NCBI RefSeq assembly: GCF_009914755.1
Contig: NC_060939.1
Source of the DNA: the human T2T-CHM13v2.0 reference genome, Homo sapiens
Direction: 5' to 3' (one strand)
Length of the DNA stretch: 64,000 bases
Positions within the stretch are counted from its first letter, which is position 1, and each line of letters starts with the position of its first letter. The notes beneath the pieces were generated by a model. That model was not told where the DNA came from. It did not search any database and saw only the letters and a program-made list of their open reading frames with translations. Below are positions 1 through 13,121 of the stretch, piece after piece. The translations under genes were made by a program, and so were the position numbers.

Positions 1-3000
1 AAGGGGCATTGTGACAGATCTCTGCACTGATCACTCAGGTGATGTAAGTATTGTCTAGGCTCTGCTTCAAGGGGCCTTGTCACATATCTCTGCACTGATC
101 ACCCAGGTGATGTAACTCTTGTCTAGGCTCTGCTTCCAGGGCATATTGTGACATATCTATGCACTGATCACCTTAGTGATGTAACACTTTGGTAGGCTCG
201 GCCTACAGGGGAATGTTGACATATCTCTGCACTGTTAACCGAGGTGATTTAACTCTTGTCTAGGCTGTGCCCACAGGGGGATTGAGACATATCTCTGCAC
301 TGATCAGGAGGTGATACAACTCTTGCCTGGTCTCTGCCTACTGTGGACATTGGGACATATCTCTGCACTGATCTCCCAGGTGCTGTAACTTTAGTCTAGG
401 CTCTGGCTACACGGCATTGTGACATATCACTGCACTGATCACCCAGGCGATATAACTCTTCTCTAGGATCTGACCACAGGGTGCTTTGTGACATATCCCT
501 GTAATGATCACCCAGGTGATATACCACTTGCCAAGGCTCTGCCTACAGGGGCATTGCAATGTATCTCTGCACTGATCAGCTAGGTCTTGTAGCTATTTTC
601 TAGGATCTGCCTACAGGGTGCTTTGTGACGTGTCCCAGCAAGGATTACCCAGGTGATGTACCTCTCATCAAGGCTCTGCCTACAGGCACATTGTGATGTA
701 TCTCTGCACTGATCACCTAGGTCATGTAACTTTTTTCTAGGCTCTACCTACGATGGCATTGTGACATATCTCTGCACTAATCATCCAAGTGATGTAACTC
801 TTGTCTAGGATGTGCCTAAATTAACTTTTTGACATAACCCTGTACTGATCATCCAGGTGATGGAGCTTTTGTCTAGGCTCTGCCTAAGGGGGCATTGTGA
901 CATATGTCTGCATTGATCACCCAGGTGGCGAACTCTTCTCTCGGATCTGCCTATGGGGGCATTGTCAGAAATCTCTGCACTGATCACCCAGGTGATGTAA
1001 CTGTTGTGTAACCTCTGCCTACAGGGGAATTGTGAGAGATCTCGTCAATGATTACCCAAGGGATGTAACGGTTGTCTAGGCTTTGCATACAGGGGGCTTT
1101 GTGACATACCTTTGCACTGATCACCCAGGTGATGTAACACATCTAAGTTCGGCCTAAAGGAGCTTTGTGACATAAATCTGCACTGATCACTTAGGTGATG
1201 TAACACTTTTATAATCACTGCCTACAGGGAATTTTGACAAATCTCTGCACTGATCATCTAGGTGAGGTAACTCTTGTCTACCCTCTCTCCAACGGGGCAT
1301 TGTGAAATATCTCTGCACTGATCACCCAGGTGATTCAACTCTTGACTAGGAACTGCCTACAGAGGTTATTGTGAAATATCTCTGCACTGATAAACTAGGT
1401 GGTGTAAACCTTGTCCAAGCTCTGCCTACTGAGGCGTTTCCACATATCCCTGAACTGATGACCGAGGTGATGTAACTCTTGCCTAGGCTTTGCCTACAGG
1501 GAACATTGGACATATATCTGCACTGATCACCCAGGTGATGCAACTCTTGCCTAGGCTTTGCCTACAGGGGACATTGTGACATATCTCTTCAATGATCAAT
1601 CATGTGATGCATCTCTTGCCTAGGCTTTGCCTACAGGGGACATTGTGACATATCTCTGCACTGATCTCCCAGGTGCTTTAACTTTAGTCTAGGCTCTGGC
1701 TCCACGGCATTGTGACATATCACTGCACTGATCAACTAGGTGATATAACTCTTGTATAGGCTCTGCCTACCGGGGGATTGTGACCTACCTCTGCACTGAT
1801 CACCCAGGTGATATAACTCTTCTCTAGGATCTGCCTACAGGGTACTTTGTGACATATCCCTGCACTGATCACCCAGGTGATCTAACTCTGGTCTAAGCTC
1901 TGCCTAAAGGGGCATTGTGACAGATCTCTGCACTGATCACTCTGGTGATGTAAGTATTGTCTAGGCTCTGCTTCAAGGGGCCTTGTCACATATCTCTGCA
2001 CTGATCACCCAGGTGATGTAACTCTTGTCTAGGCTCTGCTTCCGGGGCATATTGTGACATATCTATGCACTGATCACCTTAGTGATGTAACACTTTGGTC
2101 GGCCCGGCCTACAGGGGAATCTTGACATATCTCTGCACTGTTAACCGAGGTGATTTAACTCTTGTCTAGGCTGTGCCCACAGGGGGATTGAGACATATCT
2201 CTGCACTGATCCCGTGGTGATACAACTCTTGCCTGGTCTCTGCCTACTGTGGACATTGTGACATATCTCTGCACTGATCTCCCAGGTGCTGTAACTTTAG
2301 TCTAGGCTCTGGCTACACGGCATTGTGACATATCACTGCACTGATCACCCAGGCGATATAACTCTTCTCTAGGATCTGACCACAGGGTGCTTTGTGACAT
2401 ATCCCTGCAATGATCACCCAGGTGATATACCACTTGTCAAGGCTCTGCCTACAGGGGCATTGCAATGTATCTCTGCACTGATCACCTAGGTCTTGTAGCT
2501 ATTTTCTAGGAACTGCCTGCAGGGTGCTTTGTGACGTGTCCCAGCAAGGATTACCCAGGTGATGTACCTCTCATCAAGGCTCTGTCTACAGACACATTGT
2601 GATGTATCTCTGCACTGATCACCTAGGTCATGTAAATTTTGTCTAGGCTCTACCTACGATGGCATTGTGACATATCTCTGCACTAATCATCCAAGTGATG
2701 TAACTCTTGTCTAGGATGTGCCTAAATTAACTTTTTGACATAACCCTGTACTGATCATCCAGGTGATGGAGCTTTTGTCTAGGCTCTGACTAAGGGGGCA
2801 TTGTGACAGATTTCTGCATTGATCCCCCAGGTGTCGAACTTTTCTCTCGGATCTGCCTATGGGGGCATTGTGAGAAATCTCTGCACTGATCACCCAGGTG
2901 ATGTAACTGTTGTGTAACCTCTGCCTACTGGGGAATTGTGAGAGATCTCGTCACTGATTACCCAAGTGATGTAACCGTTGTCTAGGCTTTGCGTACAAGG

Positions 3001-4950
3001 GGCTTTGTGACATACCTTTGCACTGATCACCCAGGTGATGTAACACGTCTAAGTTCGGCCTAAAGGAGCTTTGTGACATATCTCTGCACTGATCACTTAG
3101 GTGATGTAACACTTTTATAATCACTGCCTACAGGGAATTTTGACAAATCTTTGCACTGATCACCTAGGTGATGTAACTCTTGTCTACCCTGTGTCCAACG
3201 GGGCATTGTGAAATATCTCTGCACTTATCTCCCAGGTGCTGTAACTTTAGTCTAGGCTCTGGCTACACGGCATTGTGACATATCACTGCACTGATCACCC
3301 AGGCGATATAACTCTTCTCTAGGATCTGACCACAGGGTGCTTTGTGACATATCCCTGCACTGATCACCCAGGTGATCTAACTCTGCTCTAAGCTCTGCCT
3401 AAAGGGGCATTGTGACAGATCTCTGCACTGATCACTTAGGTGATGTAAGTATTTTCTAGGCTCTGCTTCAAGGGGCCTTGTCACATATCTCTGCACTGAT
3501 CACCCTGGTGATGTAACTCTTGTCTAGGCTCTGCTTCCAGGGCATATTGTGACATATCTATGCACTGATCACCTTAGTGATGTAACACTTTGGTAGGCTC
3601 GGCCTACAGGGGAATCTTGACATATCTCTGCACTGTTAACCGAGGTGATTTAACTCTTGTCTAGGCTGTGCCCACAGGGGGATTGAGACATATCTCTGCA
3701 CTGATCCCGAGGTGATACAACTCTTGCCTGGTCTCTGCCTACTGTGGACATTGTGACATATCTCTGCACTGATCTCCCAGGTGCTGTAAGTTTAGTCTAG
3801 GCTCTGGCTACACGGCATTGTGACATATCACTGCACTGATCACCCAGGCGATATAACTCTTCTCTAGGATCTGACCACAGGGTGCTTTGTGACATATCCC
3901 TGCAATGATCACCCAGGTGATATACAACTTGCCAAGGCTCTGCCTACAGGGGCATTGCAATGTATCTCTGCACTGATCACCTAGGTCTTGTAGCTATTTT
4001 CTAGGATCTCCCTACAGGGTGCTTTGTGACGTGTCCCAGCAAGGATTACCCAGGTGATGTACCTCTCATCAAGGCTCTGCCTACAGGCACATTGTGATGT
4101 ATCTCTGCACTGATCACCTAGGTCATGTAAATTTTGTCTAGGCTCTACCTACGATGGCATTGTGACATATCTCTGCACTAATCATCCAAGTGATGTAACT
4201 CTTGTCTAGGATGTGCCTAAATTAACTTTTTGACATAACCCTGTACTGATCATACAGGTGATGGAGCTTTTCTCTAGGCTCTGCCTAAGGGGGCATTGTG
4301 ACATATTTCTGCATTGATCCCCCAGGTGGCGAACTCTTCTCTCGGATCAGCCTATGGGGGCATTGTGAGAAATCTCTGCACTGATCACCCAGGTGATGTA
4401 ACTGTTGTGTAACCTCTGCCTACAGGGGAATTGTGAGAGATCTCGTCACTGATTACCCAAGTGATGTAACCGTTGTCTAGGCTTTGCGTACAGGGGGCTT
4501 TGTGACATACCTTTGCACTGATCACCCAGGTGATGTAACACATCTAAGTTAGGCCTAAAAGAGCTTTGTGACATATCTCTGCACTGATCACTTAGGTGAT
4601 GTAACACTTTTATAATCACTGCCTACAGGGAATTTTGACAAATCTCTGCACTGATCACCTAGGTGATGTAACTCTTGTCTACCCTCTGTCCAACGGGGCA
4701 TTGTGAAATATCTCTGCACTGATCGCCCAGGTGATTCAACTCTTGACTAGGAACTGCCTACAGAGCTTATTGGGAAATATCTCTGCACTGATAAACTAGG
4801 TGGTGTAACCCTTGTCCAAGCTCTGCCTACAGGGGCGTTTCCACATATCCCTGAACTGATGACAGACGTGATGTAACCCTTGCCTAGGCTTTGCCTAGAG
4901 GGGACATTGGACATATATCTGCACTGATCACCCAGGTGATGCAACTTTTG
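1..4950 (+). repeat. Left flank layer: 28-mer type HOR subfamily, including one 22-mer
   Basis: Spacing 805->2711 is 1906. Diagnostic alleles GATGGAGCTT, GTAAGTATT, GCTTCAAGGGG, CATATCTATG, CTTTGGTAGG, GTTAACCGAG. Lacks the CTACAATGGT monomer. Confidence 0.85.
2711..4205 (+). repeat. 22-mer (1495 bp) structural variant HOR, single copy
   Basis: Marker spacing 1495. Monomer order is rearranged at ~3210-3370 and the GACTAGGAACTG / GCGTTTCCAC monomers are missing. Confidence 0.85.
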
Positions 4951-7900
4951 CCTAGGCTTTGCCTACAGGAGACACTGTGACATATCTCTTCAATGATCAC
5001 TCATGTGATGCATCTCTTACCTAGGCTTTGCCAACAGGGGACATTGTGACATATCTCTGCACTGATCTCCCTGGTACTGTAACTTTAGTCTAGGCTCTGG
5101 CTACACGGCATTGTGACATATCACTGCACTGATCAACCAGGTGATATAACTCTTGTATAGGCTCTGCGTACAGGGGGATTGTGACCTACCTCTGCACTGA
5201 TCACCCAGGTGATATAACTCTTCTCTAGGATCTGCCTACAGGGTGCTTTGTGACATATCCCTGCACTGATCTCCCAGGTGACCTAACTCTGGTCTAAGCT
5301 CTGCCTAAAGGGGCATTGTGACAGATCTCTGCACTGATCACTCAGGTGATGTAACTATTGTCTAGGCTCTGCTTAAAGGGGCCTTGTCACATATCCCTGC
5401 ACTGATCACCCAGGTGATGTAACTCTTGTCTAGGCTCTGCTTCCAGGGCATATTGTGACAGAACTATGCACTGATCACCTTAGTGATGTAACACTTGTGT
5501 AGGCTCGGCCTACAGAGGAATCTTGACATATCTCTGCACTGTTAAACGAGGTGATTTAACTCTTGTCTAGGCTGTGCCCACAGGGGGATTTAGACATATC
5601 TCTGCACTGATCCTGAGGTGATCCAACTCTTGCCTGGTCTCTGCCTACTGGGGACATTGTGACATATCTCTGCACTGATCTCCCAGGTGCTGTAAATTTT
5701 GTCCAGGCTCTGGCTACACGGCATTGTGACTTATCACTTCACTGATCACCCTGGCGATACAACTCTTGTCTAGGCTCTGCCTACAATGGTCCTGTGACAT
5801 ATCTCTGCACTGATCACCCAGGTGATATAACTCTTCTCTAGGATCTGACCACGGGGTGCTTTGTGACATATCCCTTCAATGATCACACAGGTGATATACC
5901 ACTTGCCAAGGCTCTGCTTACAGGGGCATTGCAATGTATGTCTGCACTGATCACCTAGGACTTGTAGCTATTTTCTAGGATCTGCCTACAGGGTGCTTTG
6001 TGACGGGTCCCAGCAAGGATTACCCAGGTGATGTACCTCTCATCAAGGCTCTGCCTACAGGCACATTGCGATATATCTCTGCACTGATCACCAAGGTCAT
6101 GTAACTTTTGTCTAGGCTCTACCTACGATGGCATTGTGACATATCTCTGCACTAATCATCCAAGTGATGTAACTCTTGTCTAGGATGTGCCTAAATTAAC
6201 TTTTTGACATAACCCTGTACTGATCATCCAGGTGATGGGGCTTTTGTCTAGGCTCTGCCTAAGGGGGCATTGTGACATATTTCTGCATTGATCACCCAGG
6301 TGGCGAACTCTTCTCTCGGATCTGCCTATGGGGGCATTGTGAGAAATCTCTGCACTGATCACCCAGGTGATGTAACTGTTGTGTAACCTCTGCCTACAGG
6401 GGAATTGTGAGAGATCTCTCCACTGATTACCCAAGTGATGTAACCATTGTCTAGGCTTTGCGTACAGGGGGCTTTGTGACATACCTTTGCACTGATCACC
6501 CAGGTGATGTAACACATCTAAGTTCGGCCTAAAGGAGCTTTGTGACACATCTCTGCACTGATCACTTAGGTGATGTAACACTTTTATAATCACTGCCTAC
6601 AGGGAATTTTGACAAATCTCTGCACTGATCACCTAGGTGATGTAACTCTTGTCTACCCTCCGTCCAACGGGGCATTGTGAAATATCTCAGCACTGAACAC
6701 CCAGGTGAATCAACTCTTGACTAGGAACTGCCTACAGAGGTTATTGTGAAATATCTCTGCACTGGTAAACTAGGTGGTGTAAATCTTGTCCAAGCTCTGC
6801 CTACAGGGGCGTTTCCACATATCCCTGAACTGACGACAAAGGTGATGTAACTCTTGCCTAGGCTTTGCCTACAGGGGACATTGGACATATATCTGCACTG
6901 ATCACCCAGGTGATGCAACTCTTGCCTAGGCTTTGCCTACAGGGGACACTGTGACATATCTCTTCAATGATCACTCATGTGATGCATCTCTTGCCTAGGC
7001 TTTGCCAACAGGGGACATTGTGACATATCTCTGCACTGATCTCCCTGGTACTGTAACTTTAGTCTAGGCTCTGGCTACACGGCATTGTGACATATCACTG
7101 CACTGATCAACCAGGTGATATAACTCTTGTATAGGCTCTGCCTACAGGGGGATTGTGACCTACCTCTGCACTGATCACCCAGGTGATATAACTCTTCTCT
7201 AGGATCTGCCTACAGGGTGCTTTGTGACATATCCCTGCACTGATCACCCAGGTGACCTAACTCTGGTCTAAGCTCTCCCTAAAGGGGCATTGTGACAGAT
7301 CTCTGCACTGATCACTCAGGTGATGTAACTATTGTCTAGGCGCTGCTTAAAGGGGCCTTGTCACATATCCCTGCACTGATCACCCAGGTGATGTAACTCT
7401 TGTCTAGGCTCTGCTTCCAGGGCATATTGTGACATAACTATGCACTGATCACCTTAGTGATGTAACACTTGTGTAGGCTCGGCCTACAGAGGAATCTTGA
7501 CATATCTCTGCACTGTTAAACGAGGTGATTTAACTCTTGTCTAGGCTGTGCCCACAGGGGGATTGAGACATATCTCTGCACTGATCCCGAGGTGATCCAA
7601 CTCTTGCCTGGTCTCTGCCTACTGGGGACATTGTGACATATCTCTGCACTGATCTCCCAGGTTCTGTAAATTTTGTCTAGGCTCTGGCTACAAGGCATTG
7701 TGACATATCACTGCACTGATCACCCAGGCGATACAACTCTTGTCTAGGCTCTGCCTACAATGGTTTTGTGACATGTCTCTGCACTGATCACCCAGGTGAT
7801 ATAACTCTTCTCTAGGATCTGACCACGGGGTGCTTTGTGACATATCCCTGCAATGATCACCCAGGTGATATACCACTTGCCAAGGCTCTGCTTACAGGGG

Positions 7901-10900
7901 CATTGCAATGTATCTCTGCACTGATCACCTAGGTCTTGTAGCTATTTTCTAGGATCTGCCTACAGGGTGCTTTGTGACGTGTCCCAGCAAGGATTACCCT
8001 GGTGATGTACCGCTCATCAAGGCTCTGCCTACAGGCACATAGCGATATATCTCTGCACTGATCACCTAGGTCATGTAACTTTTGTCTAGGCTCTATCTAC
8101 GATGGCATTGTGACATATCTCTGCACTAATCATCCAAGTGATGTAACACTTGTCTAGCATGTGCCTAAATTAACTTTTTGACATAACCCTGTACTGATCA
8201 TCCAGGTGATGGGGCTTTTGTCTAGGCTCTGCCTAAGGGGGCATTGTGACATATTTCTGCATTGATCACCCAGGTGGCGAATCCTTCTCTCGGATCTGCC
8301 TATGGGGGCATTGTGAGAAATCTCTGCACTGATCACCCAGGTGATGTAACTGTTGTGTAACCTCTGCCTACAGGGGAATTGTGAGAGATCTCGCCACTGA
8401 TTACCCAAGTGATGTAACCATTGTCTAGGCTTTGCGTACAGGGGGCTTTGTGACATACCTTTGCACTGATCACCCAGGTGATGTAATACATCTAAGTTCG
8501 GCCTAAAGGAGCTTTGTGACACATCTCTGCACTGATCACTTAGGTGATGTAACACTTTTATAATCACTGCCTACAGGGAATTTTGACAAATCTCTGCACT
8601 GATCACCTAGGTGATGTAACTCTTGTCTTCCCTCTGTCCAACGGGGCATTGTGAAATATCTCTGCACTGAACACCCAAGTGATTCAACTCTTGACTAAGA
8701 ACTGCCTACAGAGGTTATTGTGAAATATCTCTGCACTGATAAACTAGGTTGTGTAACACTTGTCCAAGCTCTGCCTACAGGGGCGTTTCCACATATCCCT
8801 GAACTGATGACAAAGGTGATGTAACCCTTGCCTAGGCTTTGCCTACAGGGGTCATTGGACATATATCTGCACTGATCACCCAGGTGATGCAACTCTTGCC
8901 TAGGCTTTGTCTACAGGGGACACTGTGACATATCTCTTCAATGATCACTCATGTGATGCATCTCTTGCCTAGGCTTTGCCAACAGGGGACATTGTGACAT
9001 ATCGCTGCACTGATCTCCCTGGTGCTGTAACTTTAGTCTAGGCTCTGGCTACACGGCATTGTGACATATCACTGCACTGATCAACCAGGTGATATAACTC
9101 TTGTATAGGCTCTGCCTACAGGGGGATTGTGACCTACCTCTGCACTGATCACCCAGGTGATATAACTCTTCTCTAGGATCTGCCTACAGGGTGCTTTGTG
9201 ACATATCCCTGCACTGATCTCCCAGGTGACCTAACTCTGGTCTAAGCTCTGCCTAAAGGGGCATTGTGACAGATCTCTGCACTGATCACTCAGGTGATGT
9301 AACTCTTGTCTAGGCTCTGCTTCCAGGGCATATTGTGACATAACTATGCACTGACCACCTTAGTGATGTAACACTTGTGTAGGCTCGGCCTACAGAGGAA
9401 TCTTGACATATCTCTGCCCTGTTAAACGAGGTGATTTAACTCTTGTCTAGGCTGTGCCCACAGGGGGATTGAGACATATCTCTGCACTGATCCTGAGGTG
9501 ATGCAACTCTTGCCTAGTCTCTGCCTACTGGGGACATTGTGACATATCTCTGCACTGATCTCCCAGGTGCTGTAAATTTTGTCTAGGCTCTGGCTACACG
9601 GCATTGTGACTTATCTCTGCACTGATCACCCAGGCGATACAACTCTTGGCTAGGCTCTGCCTACAATGGTCTTGTGACATATCTCTGCACTGATCACCCA
9701 GGTGATATAACTCTTCTCTAGGATCTGACCACGGGGTGCTTTGTGACATATCCCTGCAATGATCACACAGGTGATATACCACTTGCCAAGGCTCTGCTTA
9801 CAGGGGCATTGCAATGTATCTCTGCACTGATCACCTAGGACTTGTAGCTATTTTCTAGGATCTGCCTACAGGGTGCTTTGTGACGGGTCCCAGCAAGGAT
9901 TACCCAGGTGATGTACCTCTCATCAAGGCTCTGCCTACAGGCACATTGCGATATATCTCTGCACTGATCACCAAGGTCATGTAACTTTTGTCTAGGCTCT
10001 ACCTACGATGGCATTGTGACATATCTCTGCATTAATCATCCAAGTGATGTAACACTTGTCTAGGATGTGCCTAATTTAACTATTTGACATAACCCTGTAC
10101 TGATCATCCAGGTGATGGGGCTTTTGTCTAGGCTCTGCCTAAGGGGGCATTGTGACATATTTCTGCATTGATCACCCAGGTGGCGAACTCTTCTCTCGGA
10201 TCTGCCTATGGGGGTATTGTGAGAAATCTCTGCACTGATCACCCAGGTGATGTAACGGTTGTGTAACCTCTGCCTACAGGGGAATTGTGAGAGATCTCTC
10301 CACTGATTACCCAAGTGATGTAACCATTGTCTAGGCTTTGCGTACAGGGGGCTTTGTGACATACCTTTGCACTGATCACCCAGGTGATGTAACACATCTA
10401 AGTTCGGCCTAAAGGAGCTTTGTGACACATCTCTGCACTGATCACTTAGGTGATGTAACACTTTTATAATCACTGCCTACAGGGAATTTTGACAAATCTC
10501 TGCACTGATCACCTAGGTGATGTAACTCTTGTCTACCCTCCGTCCAACGGGGCATTGTGAAATATCTCAGCACTGAACACCCAGGTGAATCAACTCTTGA
10601 CTAGGAACTGCCTACAGAGGTTATTGTGAAATATCTCTGCACTGATAAACTAGGTGGTGTAAACCTTGTCCAAGCTCTGCCTACAGGGGCGTTTCCACAT
10701 ATCCCTGAACTGACGACAAAGGTGATGTAACTCTTGCCTAGGCTTTGCCTACAGGGGACATTGGACATATATCTGCACTGATCACCCAGGTGATGCAACT
10801 CTTGCCTAGGCTTTGCCTACAGGGGACACTGTGACATATCTCTTCAATGATCACTCATGTGATGCATCTCTTGCCTAGGCTTTGCCAACAGGGGACGTTG

Positions 10901-12033
10901 TGACATATCTCTGCACTGATCTCCCTGGTACTGTAACTTTAGTCTAGGCTCTGGCTACACGGCATTGTGACATATCACTGCACTGATCAACCAGGTGATA
11001 TAACTCTTGTATAGGCTCTGCCTACAGGGGGATTGTGACCTACCTCTGCACTGATCACCCAGGTGATATAACTCTTCTCTAGGATCTGCCTACAGGGTGC
11101 TTTGTGACATATCCCTGCACTGATCTCCCAGGTGACCTAACTCTGGTCTAAGCTCTGCCTAAAGGGGCATTGTGACAGATCTCTGCACTGATCACTCAGG
11201 TGATGTAACTATTGTCTAGGCTCTGCTTAAAGGGGCCTTGTCACATATCCCTGCACTGATCACCCAGGTGATGTAACTCTTGTCTAGGCTCTGCTTCCAG
11301 GGCATATTGTGACATAACTATGCACTGACCACCTTAGTGATGTAACACTTGTGTAGGCTCGGCCTACAGAGGAATCTTGACATATCTCTGCCCTGTTAAA
11401 CGAGGTGATTTAACTCTTGTCTAGGCTGTGCCCACAGGGGGATTGAGACATATCTCTGCACTGATCCTGAGGTGATCCAACTCTTGCCTGGTCTCTGCCT
11501 ACTGGGGACATTGTGACATATCTCTGCACTGATCTCCCAGGTGCTGTAAATTTTGTCTAGGCTCTGGCTACACGGCATTGTGATTTATCACTGCACTGAT
11601 CACCCAGGCGTTACAACTCTTGTCTAGGCTCTGCCTACAATGGTCTTGTGACATATCTCTGCACTGATCACCCAGGTGATATAACTCTTCTCTAGGATCT
11701 GACCATGGGGTGCTTTGTGACATATCCCTGCAATGATCACACAGGTGATATACCACTTGCCAAGGCTCTGCTTACAGGGGCATTGCAATGTATCTCTGCA
11801 CTGATCACCTAGGACTTGTAGCTATTTTCTAGGATCTGCCTACAGGGTGCTTTGTGACGGGTCCCAGCAAGGATTACCCAGGTGATGTACCTCTCATCAA
11901 GGCTCTGCCTACAGGCACATTGCGATATATCTCTGCACTGATCACCAAGGTCATGTAACTTTTGTCTAGGCTCTACCTACGATGGCATTGTGACATATCT
12001 CTGCACTAATCATCCAAGTGATGTAACACTTGT

Positions 12034-13121
12034 CTAGGATGTGCCTAAATTAACTTTTTGACATAACCCTGTACTGATCATCCAGGTGATGGGGCTTTTG
12101 TCTAGGCTCTGCCTAAGGGGGCATTGTGACATATTTCTGCATTGGTCACCCAGGTGGCGAACTCTTCTCTCGGATCTGCCTATGGGGGCATTATGAGAAA
12201 TCTCTGCACTGATCACCCAGGTGATGTAACTGTTGTGTAACCACTGCCTACAGGGGAATTGTGAGAGATCTCGCCACTGATTACCCAAGTGATGTAACCA
12301 TTGTCTAGGCTTTGCGTACAGGGGGCTTTGTGACATACCTTTGCACTGATCACCCAGGTGTTGTAACATATCTAAGTTCGGCCTAAAGGAGCTTTGTGAC
12401 ACATCTCTGCACTGATCACTTAGGTGATGTAACACTTTTATAATCACTGCCTACAGGGAATTTTGACAAATCTCTGCACTGATCACCTAGGTGATGTAAC
12501 TCTTGTCTACCCTCCGTCCAACGGGGCATTGTGTAATATCTCAGCACTGAACACCCAGGTGAATCAACTCTTGACTAGGAACTGCCTACAGAGGTTATTG
12601 TGAAATATCTCTGCACTGATAAACTAGGTGGTGTAAACCTTGTCCAAGCTCTGCCTACAGGGGCGTTTCCACATATCCCTGAAGTGACGACAAAGGTGAT
12701 GTAACTCTTGCCTAGGCTTTGCCTACAGGGGACATTGGACATATATCTGCACTGATCACCCAGGTGATATAACTCTTCTCTAGGATCTGACCACGGGGTG
12801 CTTTGTGACATATCCCTGCAATGATCACACAGGTGATATACCACTTGCCAAGGCTCTGCTTACAGGGGCATTGCAATGTATCTCTGCACTGATCAACTAG
12901 GACTTGTAGCTATTTTCTAGGATCTGCCTACAGGGTGCTTTGTGACGGGTCCCAGCAAGGATTACCCAGGTGATGTACCTCTCATCAAGGCTCTGCCTAC
13001 AGGCACATTGCGATATATCTCTGCACTGATCACCAAGGTCATGTAACTTTTGTCTAGGCTCTACCTACGATGGCATTGTGACATATCTCTGCACTAATCA
13101 TCCAAGTGATGTAACACTTGT
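12034..13121 (+). repeat. 16-mer (1088 bp) deletion-variant HOR, copy 1
   Basis: Marker spacing 1088; junction at 12746-12768. Confidence 0.9.

Noticed and set aside
815-835. AT-rich TAAATTAACTTTTTG and TTTTATAAT (~1207) motifs as promoter or terminator elements
   Set aside because: They are diverged positions of individual monomers repeated once per HOR, with no transcription unit to support a regulatory call.
3160-3171. TCACCTAGGTGA resembling the T-box (Brachyury) palindromic site
   Set aside because: It lacks the full TCACACCT half-sites and is a one-base variant of the monomer consensus, so the resemblance is too weak.
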